Shown here piece by piece: positions 41,591-51,274 of a stretch of DNA of 64,000 nt. The position numbers and the translations under genes are program-made. Under the pieces are notes generated by a model. That model saw only the letters and a list, made by a program, of their open reading frames with translations. It was not told the DNA's origin and did no database searches. This DNA comes from a virus. The stretch spans positions 3,973 to 67,972 of the IMG/VR virus record IMGVR_UViG_3300011116_000709; one strand, written 5' to 3'. Position 1 is the stretch's first letter, and each line of letters starts with the position of its first letter.

Positions 41591-43080
41591 CAGTAACCAG
41601 CCTCCACATGCTCACGAGTCATCTGGGTTACTTCGTTTACGGTCATGCTAAAAGATATTGCTGTTGGGGCATTGTTTTGGAATGTAGAAAAGACTCCATT
41701 AGTTGTGTAGTCAACAGTTATATCTGTAATAACACACCTTCCAATTTTTGGAATATATTCGTTTTCGGTATAGCCAACAATTCCAGGATTAGGAGTGGAG
41801 GATAAGAAACGAACTTCAAACTCCGCAGGTACGCGAAGCATTATTTTAGTGTGGGCTTGCTTTTGTTCAGCCGATGCGTCTTTATGTGCATCCGATGACA
41901 TTGAAATAGCAGGATGTGAATGGTATCGGAAAGTATCAATAATACTTTTTATGTTGTTGACTTCGCTTTGGTTTCTTGGATAGAAATCCCAAGCAAAAGT
42001 AAAGGTTCTGATGCCTTTTTGTTGGAAGATTTTTTCCAGACGCGGATTGATTACTGTGCCTGTGAATGCAGAAACAGCATCACCCAACCCTTTAGTGTCT
42101 CCAACTTTGGTTGCAAGAGCCTGTGCTCCTTGAATAGCCGATTCTTTCATTGGGCCACCAAGAATATCCATAAGCCCACCCGCAACAGCCATATTTGCGT
42201 CCTTATACACAAACATATCTGCTTGGTTTATCTTTGTGCATATGGGCAGATACACCGATACCATCTGATCGTATACAGGTTGGGCTTGTGTGTACTTTGC
42301 AAGAGCAGTAGCAACCGCTGTTCCTGCACCAACAGCAAGACCAGTAACACCACCCTTAACAGTTGCCTTTGCTAAACGAGACTTAACCGATCCAGTAGTG
42401 GAAAAGAATGTGGATGCAGCCTGAAATAATCCAGCAAATGCACCTGCCTTTGCTCCTGCCTCTAGTGGATTAGTGTTCGCTATCTGTTCATTTACACCAC
42501 TTCGCAGAGCAAGTCGCTCATCTGCATCGGGCGGTGTCTTGCCTAGAAGTTCTGCACGGTGTTGGCTTATGGTATCTACTTTAGCCTGTTCGCTAGTAAC
42601 CTTTTCTTCAAGAATAGATTTGGCTTCCCATCCTTCCAAATCACCACGCTCAAACAGATTTCGTAGATTGTTTTGGTCTATGATCTTTCCTACTTGTGGA
42701 TTCTCTAATGCTTCAGCAGCATAGGTGGAAGATTCCGAGTCTCCTGTTGATATTGTGCTACTCAAAGCCTCAACATTCTTTTGGCTTTCTGCCTTCATGT
42801 TATCCAAACTGTTAGCCAAATCTGGGCGTTCCCATCTCCAAAATATTTTGAACTGCATAACATGGGGGACTTCTGCCATCCCAATGTTGTCGGGATATTT
42901 CATTATTGACGGCTGGTTTCGTGATCCCCGATTTGTTTTGGGGGTATTCTCAAGTGCAGCAATTATGCTGTCTCCGCTTTGAGGGCCAAGCACACCGTCT
43001 CGGATTCCACCGTAGTTTTGGGGACGATTGGACGCTCCGATTGGTTTTGAGGATACATTTTCGGGTGTTGATTCAGCCAT
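41590..43080 (-). CDS. gp48: Baseplate tail tube cap
   Basis: NP..E.IF.....R.F.F.W.F.P....E...I..II..FR, P..F...F, CVIT.I.VDY motifs. Confidence 0.85.
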   Translation of the reverse strand: MAESTPENVSSKPIGASNRPQNYGGIRDGVLGPQSGDSIIAALENTPKTNRGSRNQPSIMKYPDNIGMAEVPHVMQFKIFWRWERPDLANSLDNMKAESQKNVEALSSTISTGDSESSTYAAEALENPQVGKIIDQNNLRNLFERGDLEGWEAKSILEEKVTSEQAKVDTISQHRAELLGKTPPDADERLALRSGVNEQIANTNPLEAGAKAGAFAGLFQAASTFFSTTGSVKSRLAKATVKGGVTGLAVGAGTAVATALAKYTQAQPVYDQMVSVYLPICTKINQADMFVYKDANMAVAGGLMDILGGPMKESAIQGAQALATKVGDTKGLGDAVSAFTGTVINPRLEKIFQQKGIRTFTFAWDFYPRNQSEVNNIKSIIDTFRYHSHPAISMSSDAHKDASAEQKQAHTKIMLRVPAEFEVRFLSSTPNPGIVGYTENEYIPKIGRCVITDITVDYTTNGVFSTFQNNAPTAISFSMTVNEVTQMTREHVEAGY

Positions 43081-43116
43081 TGGCTATTTTTTCCTTGTGG
43101 GCTTCTACATATCTAT

Positions 43117-43560
43117 ATGCCCTATAAAGGATATTTTTCGCCAACAAACCCGTCCAAGTATATTGGAAACCCTACACAGATTGTGTATCGTTCCATGTGG
43201 GAACGGAGATTTATGAAATTCTGTGATTTGAGCGAAACAGTGATCCGATGGGGGTCAGAAGAGGTTGTTATACCGTACATCAGCCCACTAGACCGCAAAC
43301 CACACCGCTACTATGTGGATTTTATTGTAGAGATGCGAACGGCTGAAGGTGGTGTGAAAACCATGCTCATAGAAGTAAAGCCCAAAAAACAAACACGAGA
43401 ACCCAAGAAGCCCAAGCGGCAGTCGCGGAACTATATCTACGAAGCCCAAACATGGATCACAAACAAGGCTAAATGGGCAGCAGCCAAAACTGCTGCGGAG
43501 TCTCGTGGATGGGAGTTCCGAGTACTTACCGAAGACGATCTGTTCAGGCACAAACAATGA
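43117..43560 (+). CDS. gp4: Head completion nuclease (TnsA-like)
   Basis: YKG.F.P.NP.KY.G.P..I.YRS.WE, W.SEE..IPY.SP.D...HRY..DF, IEVKP..QT, N.AKW.AA. Confidence 0.95.
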   Translation: MPYKGYFSPTNPSKYIGNPTQIVYRSMWERRFMKFCDLSETVIRWGSEEVVIPYISPLDRKPHRYYVDFIVEMRTAEGGVKTMLIEVKPKKQTREPKKPKRQSRNYIYEAQTWITNKAKWAAAKTAAESRGWEFRVLTEDDLFRHKQ

Positions 43561-44153
43561 TTGAACAAAAACAAGTAAAAGAACTGCAAGAACTACTGCA
43601 AGAAACTGTTGCGGGGCTTGGTGGAACCGACCAATCGTATCTGCAACTACTAAAATATTTGAACGGCATCGGAGAGTTGCGAATTCCTTCACGGCTCATG
43701 GCAGGGCAGATGGTATTTTTTAAATACAAACCACAAGACGACAGGTTTCTAGGCTCATCCAAAGCGTATGATGTGTTTCCCCTAGTAATAATAACAAAGG
43801 TACACAAAGACGGATTTGAAGGGCTAAATCTGCACTACATTGCCCACAAGTGGAGACGGCAACTGTTTACGGCTATTGAAAAAAGCCTGCCCATGAAAAA
43901 GAGCGGAGACAAATCACTTACCCGTTTGGGGGTATCATATGATCGCTTGAATGGGCCTAGAAGATTTGGCTTCTTCAAGCCATGCTACCGACGATATGTA
44001 ATAGGTGGGCTTCGCAAGCGTCCGATTCAAATACCTATGGAATTTTGGGATGTGTTGGTTGATGTGGATTTGGCTCTGTTTGTAAAGGGGCGGAAGATGG
44101 GTATTCGTCGTATGTCATACAACTCGTATGTGCAATCAGGAAACAATCCATGA
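43557..44153 (+). CDS. gp2: DNA end protector protein
   Basis: G.M.FF.Y.P, YD.FPLV, GF.GLNLHY, KPC.RRY motifs; ATG at 43557 overlaps the gp4 stop (ATGA). Confidence 0.85.
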   Translation: MIEQKQVKELQELLQETVAGLGGTDQSYLQLLKYLNGIGELRIPSRLMAGQMVFFKYKPQDDRFLGSSKAYDVFPLVIITKVHKDGFEGLNLHYIAHKWRRQLFTAIEKSLPMKKSGDKSLTRLGVSYDRLNGPRRFGFFKPCYRRYVIGGLRKRPIQIPMEFWDVLVDVDLALFVKGRKMGIRRMSYNSYVQSGNNP

Positions 44154-44905
44154 CTTACATTCCTTCAAACATAAACGAAATGATGGGCGAAATCTATCGG
44201 GACAGCCTGATATACGCCAATCGTTTTGAAATGGTGATAAACACCCCTGCAATATTTGCGTATCGCCCAGCATCTCAAAAGCAGATGACTCTGCGTTGCA
44301 ACTCTGCATCTATTCCCGGCAGATCGCTGACAACGCAGAACTACAGATTCTATGGGCCACAACGACAGTTTCCAACCGAACCTTTGTATTCGGGTGATCT
44401 TGCTCTAACTTATATTCTGTCTGCTGATCTAAAAGAACGAGCATATTTTGAAGAATGGTTAAATTTCATTTGCAATCCATCAAACTACAAGTTTTCATTC
44501 TATGATGAGTACACCACATCAGGAGTGATAAACATTCTAGACAAAACAGATCAAGTTGTATACTCTGCAACCATTGAAGAGATGTATCCCAAACAAATTG
44601 GAGAAATTGCTCTAGGGTACGAAAAAGACAATGAGTTTTTGACTCAAGACATAGTTCTTGCGTACAGAAAATACACACCGGCAACCACAGCAGTTTCAAA
44701 TCCACCAACAACAAGCCAAGCAGCGGCAGCACAACAACTAACACCTTCTGGACTGATACCACCACAGTTCTCTCAATTCCTACGCCCATTACAACAGACT
44801 GCTTCACGAGTACAGCAAGTTTTTGGTATAGATCCCAAAACAGGACGAGTAAACAGATACGGAAGCGATGGCAGCGTAAACGGAGTAATAAACGGTCAAG
44901 GTTGA
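44150..44905 (+). CDS. Tail tube initiator (gp54 / gp19-like)
   Basis: NRF...I, C.S..IPGR, YG....P, FE.W...I, FY.EY, YP..IG...L motifs of tube-like baseplate proteins. Confidence 0.75.
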   Translation: MTYIPSNINEMMGEIYRDSLIYANRFEMVINTPAIFAYRPASQKQMTLRCNSASIPGRSLTTQNYRFYGPQRQFPTEPLYSGDLALTYILSADLKERAYFEEWLNFICNPSNYKFSFYDEYTTSGVINILDKTDQVVYSATIEEMYPKQIGEIALGYEKDNEFLTQDIVLAYRKYTPATTAVSNPPTTSQAAAAQQLTPSGLIPPQFSQFLRPLQQTASRVQQVFGIDPKTGRVNRYGSDGSVNGVINGQG

Positions 44906-44913
44906 TATAAATA
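44906..44913 (+). promoter_or_regulatory. T4-type late promoter TATAAATA
   Basis: Exact consensus upstream of gp26. Confidence 0.75.
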
Positions 44914-44943
44914 TAATACCTCATTTATTTGAACGGAGATAGT

Positions 44944-45654
44944 ATGGAAAAACTGAAACTGATTCCTTCGCAAGTGCCGTCGTATACCATGACTCTGCCC
45001 GTATCAGGGATTGTGGCAAAATACAGACCATTCCTAGTCAAAGAAGAAAAAGTACTACTCGTAGCCGCACAGTCTGGTGACATGAATCAGATAGTGGACG
45101 CTATGCGTAATATCATTTCTGCGTGCACCAACGGGCTACTAGACACTAAAAAACTGTGCACAGCCGATTCAGAGTATGCGTTTTTACAAATACGCATGAA
45201 GTCTGTGGGAGAAGAAGTCAAACCCCAAATTACCTGCTCCAAGTGCAACAACAAGACCAGCATAAAGATCAATCTGCAAGAGGTAAAGGTAAAGAAGGTT
45301 GAGAAAGAAGCGGTTGATTCCACAGTAAAGATAACCGACAACATATCATTGGTTCTTCGGTATCCGTCCATGCACGATGTGGACTACAGCAAAACCGAAA
45401 TTGACGCTATCTTTGGTGTGGCTAAAGATTGTATTGAAAGCGTAATATTTGACGATGCTGTTCATAGCCACGACGAGATTGATCCAAAGGAGTTGTCAGA
45501 CTTTGTGGACAATCTGCTACCCGAGCAATTTGAGCAGATAATGAAATTTGTCAAAACCACTCCTGAACTCCACTACTCCTTTAAATACATCTGCCCGTCT
45601 TGCAAGGAAAAGGTGGAAACGGAGGTGAAGTCTGTCTCCGATTTTTTTCAATAG
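44944..45654 (+). CDS. gp26: Baseplate hub assembly / tail assembly chaperone
   Basis: P.Y...LP.SG...KYRPFLVKEEK.LL.A, EY.FL.IR.KSVGE, CxxC motifs, ends DFFQ; SD GGAG before ATG 44944. Confidence 0.92.
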   Translation: MEKLKLIPSQVPSYTMTLPVSGIVAKYRPFLVKEEKVLLVAAQSGDMNQIVDAMRNIISACTNGLLDTKKLCTADSEYAFLQIRMKSVGEEVKPQITCSKCNNKTSIKINLQEVKVKKVEKEAVDSTVKITDNISLVLRYPSMHDVDYSKTEIDAIFGVAKDCIESVIFDDAVHSHDEIDPKELSDFVDNLLPEQFEQIMKFVKTTPELHYSFKYICPSCKEKVETEVKSVSDFFQ

Positions 45655-45836
45655 CACTCTGCCATAACACACTGGCAGCGTATTATAACACTAATTTTTC
45701 ACTAATGCAGCACCACAAGTACTCTCTATCTGAAATAGAGAACCTACTGCCTTGGGAGCGTGAAGTATACATAAATTTGTTAATACAATTCTTGAAAGAA
45801 GAGAAAGAACGAGCCAAACGACAAGGGCATCAGTAA
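45640..45836 (+). CDS. gp51: gp51-like ORF, probably the -1 frameshift extension of gp26
   Basis: YY.TNF.LMQHHKYSL.EIEN..PWEREVY..LL motif; -1 frame relative to gp26 and open across the T7 run at 45642-45648. Confidence 0.8.
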
Positions 45837-48134
45837 ATGGCAAAAAAAGGTTCAGGTAGGGGAAGACGAGGTGCTGTTCCACGAGTAGGTGGACGGTTTG
45901 CCAAAACCACACCCGTAACCGTGACTCCACCTACACCTCCTGCGGCAACTGTTGAATCCGCAGCAGTAGAGGTTGATAAAAAAATTGGTATTCTGGAAGC
46001 CCTGTTAGAAAAACAAAAAGAACTAACTGGCGGCGAAACCGAACTGTCTACGGCTGTTCTTGGCAAAGGCGGAACCAAAGGCGTTCGTGCTCAAATTGAA
46101 GATTTGGTACGAGAAAACCGAGAGCGTCTTCAAGACCTAGACGATCCCAATAACGCTGCTAATTTTGCTGTTATTGAATCTGCACTTGCTCTATCTGAAC
46201 GAGCGGTTCGCTCCAAAGACCGAAAAGAACAAGTAGACATATACAATAAACTAAAATTCATAAGACAGGTTGCGGAGAAAACCACAGGTGAAAAATCTGA
46301 TATTACTCAAAAAGTATCAGAGATAATCAAACCTGTTGAAACTGTTCTTCAAAGAAAAACAGGATTTGCTGCATTTGCCAAAGAACGATTTGCAGAAAAA
46401 GTAAAGGCTGTTCCCGAAGCCGTAGTTCGTCAAATTCCTCTGGTTGGGGGATTGATTGGTGATTACCTGCAAGAAAAACGAGCAGGGCGTGAAGAACTAG
46501 AGGCTTATGCAGGAAGACGGATTGAAAGTATTTCTCAAGCAGGCAGCAAAACCAACGAACTAGAACGAATCCTCACAGGAAGAGGAGGTGGAGGTGGTGG
46601 TCTTCCTCCGTTTAGAGGAGCGTCTACAGTAGGAGGAATGTTTGGTGGTGCTGCTGGTGCTGGTCTAGCAGGAATAGCAGCAGGAGACAAAGGCACACTT
46701 GGTCAGATTGCAGCGGATGTACGAGCCATCAAAGACCGAATCGTTACCAAACGATCAGGCACAGAAGGATTAAAAGAAAAAGAGTCCGCACTAAAGGCTG
46801 TTGCTTCTGCTGCCAAAAGTGACGAGAAACAAAAAGGATTGTTTGGTGGGTTAGGTAAAACCTTGTCGGGGCTTTTGGGTGGAGGTGGCTTATTAGGAAT
46901 GCTTGGTGGAATGTTTGGAATGGGAGGTGGAGGTGGAGCAGATGGACAACCCGGAATAATGTCATCTGTAACAGATTGGGCAACCGATAAAGCAACCGAT
47001 TGGGGATTAAAGAAAGCATGGCAAGGCACTAAAAATGTGGCATCCAAAGCATGGCAAGGCACTAAAGGACTTGCATCAAAAGCATGGCAAGGCACTAAAG
47101 GACTTGCATCAAAAGCATGGCAGGGAACAAAATCTATGCTTGGATTTGGTGCTAATGCTGGTGAAAGTGCTGCAAAGGGTGCTGTTAGTGCTGCTGAAAG
47201 TGCGGCTGGTGGTGCTGCAAAGGGTGCTGTTAGTGCTGCTGAAAGTGCGGCTGGTGGTGCTGCAAAGGGTGCTGTTAGTGCTGCTGAAACAGTTGCAGAA
47301 AATAAGTCGTGGTGGAAAAGTGCATGGGAAGGCACTAAAAACATGGCATCTAAAGGATGGGAAGGTGCAAAATCTGCTGGAAGTGCTACATGGGAGGCGG
47401 GAAAAGCCGTAGCAAGCGAAGCAGCAGCAGTAGCAGAAGCCGTAGCACATCCAACCACTTTTTTGAAAGGAAATATGGGCAAAATTTTGGGCGGGATGAA
47501 ATCTCTTGGCCCAATTACTGCTGCTCTTGAAGGACTTATAGGTGCATTTAATATTTACAGCATCAAGAATGATCCTAATCTTGGACCAGAAGAAAAGAAA
47601 GAAGCCATCGGAGCAGAAATAGCAAAACGGTTTGGTTCTGCTATTGGAGGAATAATTGGAGGTGGTCTTGGAACCGCTATTGGGCCAGTTGGAACTGTTC
47701 TCGGTGGATTGGCTGGTGCTCTTGGTGGAGAGTGGGTAGGCAATCAAATCGCTGATTTGGTAGGACCAAAAGGCATATATGATTTTGTCGCATCAATACC
47801 CGCAGTAGGCGATCTTATAAAAGTAGATGGTGGAACTCCGTCTGCAACACCAGAAGGATCAACAGCAACAGGAAGTATTTCACCCACACCAACATCAGCA
47901 ACACCCGCAGGACAGCAGGCAAATGCTATGGAAATGAATCGTCGCGGAGTAGAAGAAGTACGAGATTATGCTGCAAAACAATCTCAAGCACAGGCAGCAT
48001 TTGTAAGCCAACAAAGAACAGCAGCAGCAAACATGTACAATCAAAACAATACAGTTGTAAACAATTATAATGACGATCTGCGTGTTCGCAACAGCGAATC
48101 TACTCTAAAAAACATGGAGCGTAGCACTCTATAA
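45837..48134 (+). CDS. Tape-measure-like protein (gp29 analogue)
   Basis: 765 aa, Ala/Gly rich, Trp-periodic 11-aa repeats, glycine-zipper segments; directly after gp26/gp51. Confidence 0.7.
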   Translation: MAKKGSGRGRRGAVPRVGGRFAKTTPVTVTPPTPPAATVESAAVEVDKKIGILEALLEKQKELTGGETELSTAVLGKGGTKGVRAQIEDLVRENRERLQDLDDPNNAANFAVIESALALSERAVRSKDRKEQVDIYNKLKFIRQVAEKTTGEKSDITQKVSEIIKPVETVLQRKTGFAAFAKERFAEKVKAVPEAVVRQIPLVGGLIGDYLQEKRAGREELEAYAGRRIESISQAGSKTNELERILTGRGGGGGGLPPFRGASTVGGMFGGAAGAGLAGIAAGDKGTLGQIAADVRAIKDRIVTKRSGTEGLKEKESALKAVASAAKSDEKQKGLFGGLGKTLSGLLGGGGLLGMLGGMFGMGGGGGADGQPGIMSSVTDWATDKATDWGLKKAWQGTKNVASKAWQGTKGLASKAWQGTKGLASKAWQGTKSMLGFGANAGESAAKGAVSAAESAAGGAAKGAVSAAESAAGGAAKGAVSAAETVAENKSWWKSAWEGTKNMASKGWEGAKSAGSATWEAGKAVASEAAAVAEAVAHPTTFLKGNMGKILGGMKSLGPITAALEGLIGAFNIYSIKNDPNLGPEEKKEAIGAEIAKRFGSAIGGIIGGGLGTAIGPVGTVLGGLAGALGGEWVGNQIADLVGPKGIYDFVASIPAVGDLIKVDGGTPSATPEGSTATGSISPTPTSATPAGQQANAMEMNRRGVEEVRDYAAKQSQAQAAFVSQQRTAAANMYNQNNTVVNNYNDDLRVRNSESTLKNMERSTL
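47013..47132 (+). repeat. 33-nt tandem repeat (about 3.6 copies) encoding KAWQGTK(G/N)(L/V)AS
   Basis: aaagcatggcaaggcactaaa recurs every 33 nt. Confidence 0.9.
47167..47289 (+). repeat. 45-nt tandem repeat (about 2.7 copies) encoding AAKGAVSAAESAAGG
   Basis: gtgctgcaaagggtgctgttagtgctgctgaaa occurs three times at 45-nt spacing. Confidence 0.9.
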
Positions 48135-48166
48135 AAGAAAAAGGCACACCGAAGTGTGCCTCTTTC
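48133..48166 (-). terminator. Rho-independent terminator with cUUCGg loop, probably bidirectional
   Basis: Minus strand AGGCACAC-TTCG-GTGTGCCT-TTTTCTTTT between the convergent tape-measure and gp32 genes. Confidence 0.9.
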
Positions 48167-48185
48167 ATGCTGCTAGGCAGGTGGC

Positions 48186-49130
48186 TTACTCGTCGCCAGC
48201 CAACTTCTCAAAGTAAGAGAGCGAATCCTCTACCTCGTCATCGGACTCAACAACCCGCTTGATCTCCTTCTTGGGAGCAGGAGGAGCAGGCTTCCGCGTT
48301 TGGGGACGCGGTGTCTCGTCTTCATCATCAAAAGAGGCAGATTCCGCACCGCCCTTTGCAGCGGACTCGTTGACAGAAGCACGGATATCACCACCGAGAA
48401 CCTCGTGGAGCCGTGTCTTCAACTCGTCGTAAGACTTGAAATTCTTGGGATCGGTGAACTCCTTGAGAGGATACTGCTTCTTCCACAACTCCTCTAGAGC
48501 CTTGTCATCACCGCCCATCAGGGGAGCCGCTTCTGCAAACTCACTACGCTCGTAGTTCACATAGCCGTCCACCTGACGAATCTTCAACTTGAAGTCTGCA
48601 CCACCCCAGAAGTCGAACGGATTCATGGGCTTCTCGTCCTGATACTCAGGATTCATAGCACTCTGAATCTTCTCAAAAATCTTCTTTCCGTAGCGATACA
48701 GGAACACCTTGCCCTCGTTTTCAGGATTCTTGGGGTCGCTGACCACGAGAATGTTGCTGACATACGACAGGCGACGCTTGCGGTCACGAGCCAACTTCTT
48801 GTCCTCGTCGCTGCCGCTGTTCCACAACTGCGAATTCAGTTCTGAAACCGGATCCTTTAGACCGATGGTAGTGAGCGAATTCTCAATGTACCAACCGCCC
48901 GGACCGCGGAAACCGTGATTCCACACCCGTGCCCACGGCAGGTCTTCGCCTTCAACCGCAGGCAGGAAACGGATAACCGCGAATCCGTTGGAAGTCTTGT
49001 CTAGTGTGGGCTTCCAAAATCGGTCGTCCTTGTAGGACTCTGAACGCTTGTTCAGTTTCTCCATTTCAGCCGCAAGCGACTGATACGAGGTGGGCGACTT
49101 GGAACGATTCTTCATATCCTTGAAACTCAT
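48186..49130 (-). CDS. gp32: Single-stranded DNA-binding protein
   Basis: DDRFWKP..DK..NG.AVIRFLPA, GWYIENSLTT.G..DPV, PENEGKVFL..YGKKIF, FDFW.GA.FKLKIR; acidic tail. Confidence 0.97.
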   Translation of the reverse strand: MSFKDMKNRSKSPTSYQSLAAEMEKLNKRSESYKDDRFWKPTLDKTSNGFAVIRFLPAVEGEDLPWARVWNHGFRGPGGWYIENSLTTIGLKDPVSELNSQLWNSGSDEDKKLARDRKRRLSYVSNILVVSDPKNPENEGKVFLYRYGKKIFEKIQSAMNPEYQDEKPMNPFDFWGGADFKLKIRQVDGYVNYERSEFAEAAPLMGGDDKALEELWKKQYPLKEFTDPKNFKSYDELKTRLHEVLGGDIRASVNESAAKGGAESASFDDEDETPRPQTRKPAPPAPKKEIKRVVESDDEVEDSLSYFEKLAGDE

Positions 49131-49204
49131 GCGTATCTCCTTGTACTTGTTGTACTGTGTGTGTTTGTATGTTGACGAACAATTCAGACACAGGTATTTA
49201 GGTA

Positions 49205-49233
49205 ACTATACCTCAAGCCCTGCGGGTTGTCAA
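49205..49233 (-). promoter_or_regulatory. Sigma70-type promoter for gp32
   Basis: TTGACA-N17-TATAGT; a late-type CTAAATA follows at 49195-49201. Confidence 0.8.
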
Positions 49234-49236
49234 GTG

Positions 49237-49452
49237 TCAAATAGGAAGTTTTGCCTTCTTGGGGAGCAGATTTAGATTCTGCCCTTCAGCCCGTATCTTT
49301 TCAATTATAGGCTTGTTCAAAAATTTAGCAGCCACCTGTGGCTCTATGCCGTATCGCTCACACACCGCAATCACCGAGTCAATATACGAAACTCCGTATT
49401 TTTGAGCGTGAGTTTCTACTTCTTTAGGAAAACGAGCGTTATTGACTTCCAT
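49237..49452 (-). CDS. gp33: Late transcription co-activator
   Basis: F..EVE......SYID.V...CE...IE....AK......EK...E...LN.L; adjacent to gp32. Confidence 0.88.
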   Translation of the reverse strand: MEVNNARFPKEVETHAQKYGVSYIDSVIAVCERYGIEPQVAAKFLNKPIIEKIRAEGQNLNLLPKKAKLPI

Positions 49453-49531
49453 TTCAGACCTACTTTCAATTTTATACATAAGTTAGCAGTATTTAGGATT
49501 CTAACACCCCCAAGACGGAGCAAAATATCCA

Positions 49532-51265
49532 ATGGGAGCAACCAGCGACAACTACGCCATTGTTACTAGCGGCACTACTTATACCATAGCCAGCGATTAT
49601 GTCAAGCCCGCAGGTGCAGGAGAAACTGCACATTTTCAGGTTGTCAAGGTTGCTCACGGTGCAGACAATACTGTAAATTATGCGTCTAGCAGTGCTCCAC
49701 TTCCTGTTGGACTTTGTGGTGCGTGGCCCACATACAACTATACAAATGGTGCGTACAGCACGGTTGCAACCACAGTAATAGGAAATCTCAACGCACTAAC
49801 CGTTGCAGGTGTTAGTGGCGGAACTGCTATCGGGGTTACTTTTGGTTCAGTAGTAATTTCAAGTATTGGAACCACAGTATCCACCAGATTGCTAGCAGGT
49901 GGAAACGCTTCAGGCGGCACTGCTGGAGACTACCTTGCCGTTCAAGGATTGTCAGGTGGCTTCCCTGTTGGTATCACCGTATCTTCTGCGATACCAGTAA
50001 GCGGCTCGTTTGGAATTACAGGATCGGTTGCTGTTTATGGCGTTTCAGGAGCAACCGCAATTGGCGTAACGGTCGGAACCATCAGTATTCGTGGGCTGAC
50101 TGCTGCAAGCGACACAGTTACCGTTTACGGTGGTGGAACCGCTTCTACTGTCTCTGTTGGTCTGTTTGGATTCACAGGTGCGACCGCTGCTCCTCTGTAT
50201 GCAGAAGGTAATGCTCTAAATGTGAATGTCAAGACCTTCAGCGGTGGCATCAGCGGAGTAACTGTAACTGCCAATAATCTAGACATACGAGATATTGACT
50301 ACACTATCGATGACATCACAGTTGTTGGTCAAGGTGCAGCAGATGATGCGTCTCTTGCAACAGTTCCAACATATTTGACTGCAAGAGCGGCTAACGGAAA
50401 CCTGTACAGAGTTGGCGGTATAACTGGTGCAGGTTGGAGTTACGCTGCCATCAACACATATTTGGTAAACAGCGGATTCTCGTTTACTGCACAAGTAACT
50501 CTAGGAGCGGCTGTTGGTATCTCTCAAGAATACAACAACCCCATTCGTGTTGCGGGTTCAACTTATGCAGTAACCGGTCTTTGGGTTGCAGGAGACACTT
50601 CTAATGGCCCCGTAACCGTCAAGGGATATTCGGGCGGACTGCTGCCAGTTGAACTACAATCGTCTACTCTAGTAACTCAAACCAATTTTGATGCGAAGAT
50701 TGCACAACTTAAAACCAATACCGATTTCTTGATTGCAACCAAAAAGGCTCTTTACGATCCTTCAGTAAGCATTGGTGCTCTTGACTTCAACGATTCGCTG
50801 TCTCTCTACAGTCTCGTCAAGAGCGGGATAAATACGCAACTTCAAACTCTAGCCAACACCGTAAACACTAGCAGCGGAACAATTGGAGTGGCAGTAGAAG
50901 CATACACTCTACAGCCGTCTTTCATGGCTCGCACAAATTATGTGAGCAACACCGCAAAGAACCTGACTGAATATAACGGAAACGCAGGATTCACCTGTGC
51001 CAACGGTATTCGCATCAAGGTGTCACGAGTGGCAACAGGAGCAAACGCTTCACAAAATGAAATTCTGTGTGTAATTTCTGAAGCAGATGCAGCACTTTAC
51101 GGTGCTACAGCAGGAACCGCTTCATACACCATGTATCACGGTGATGAAATGTTCTTTGAAGTAGACAACATCAACAAGATCAAGGTGTTCTATCCACCAT
51201 ATTCTACAAATTTTGCTCCACATAACACAGGAAGCGGAATAACTTTCTCATTCTACGCTTCGTAA
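49532..51265 (+). CDS. Gly/Thr/Ala-rich putative virion protein
   Basis: 577 aa, SD GGAG, late-like TATACATA at 49473-49480, dense G-x-T/S motifs. Confidence 0.7.
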   Translation: MGATSDNYAIVTSGTTYTIASDYVKPAGAGETAHFQVVKVAHGADNTVNYASSSAPLPVGLCGAWPTYNYTNGAYSTVATTVIGNLNALTVAGVSGGTAIGVTFGSVVISSIGTTVSTRLLAGGNASGGTAGDYLAVQGLSGGFPVGITVSSAIPVSGSFGITGSVAVYGVSGATAIGVTVGTISIRGLTAASDTVTVYGGGTASTVSVGLFGFTGATAAPLYAEGNALNVNVKTFSGGISGVTVTANNLDIRDIDYTIDDITVVGQGAADDASLATVPTYLTARAANGNLYRVGGITGAGWSYAAINTYLVNSGFSFTAQVTLGAAVGISQEYNNPIRVAGSTYAVTGLWVAGDTSNGPVTVKGYSGGLLPVELQSSTLVTQTNFDAKIAQLKTNTDFLIATKKALYDPSVSIGALDFNDSLSLYSLVKSGINTQLQTLANTVNTSSGTIGVAVEAYTLQPSFMARTNYVSNTAKNLTEYNGNAGFTCANGIRIKVSRVATGANASQNEILCVISEADAALYGATAGTASYTMYHGDEMFFEVDNINKIKVFYPPYSTNFAPHNTGSGITFSFYAS

Positions 51266-51274
51266 AACCAATCT

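Noticed and set aside
43473-43556. N-terminal extension of the gp2 ORF in the track
   Set aside because: It overlaps gp4; the ATG at 43557 coupled to the gp4 stop is the more plausible start.
43117-43560. TnsA-like nuclease as a transposon gene
   Set aside because: It is the conserved T4 gp4 head completion protein in its expected context next to gp2.
47013-47289. Repeats as a CRISPR array
   Set aside because: In-frame tandem coding repeats with no unique spacers.
46703-47747. Long antisense ORFs (259 and 212 aa)
   Set aside because: Produced by stop-poor tandem repeats in the tape-measure-like gene.
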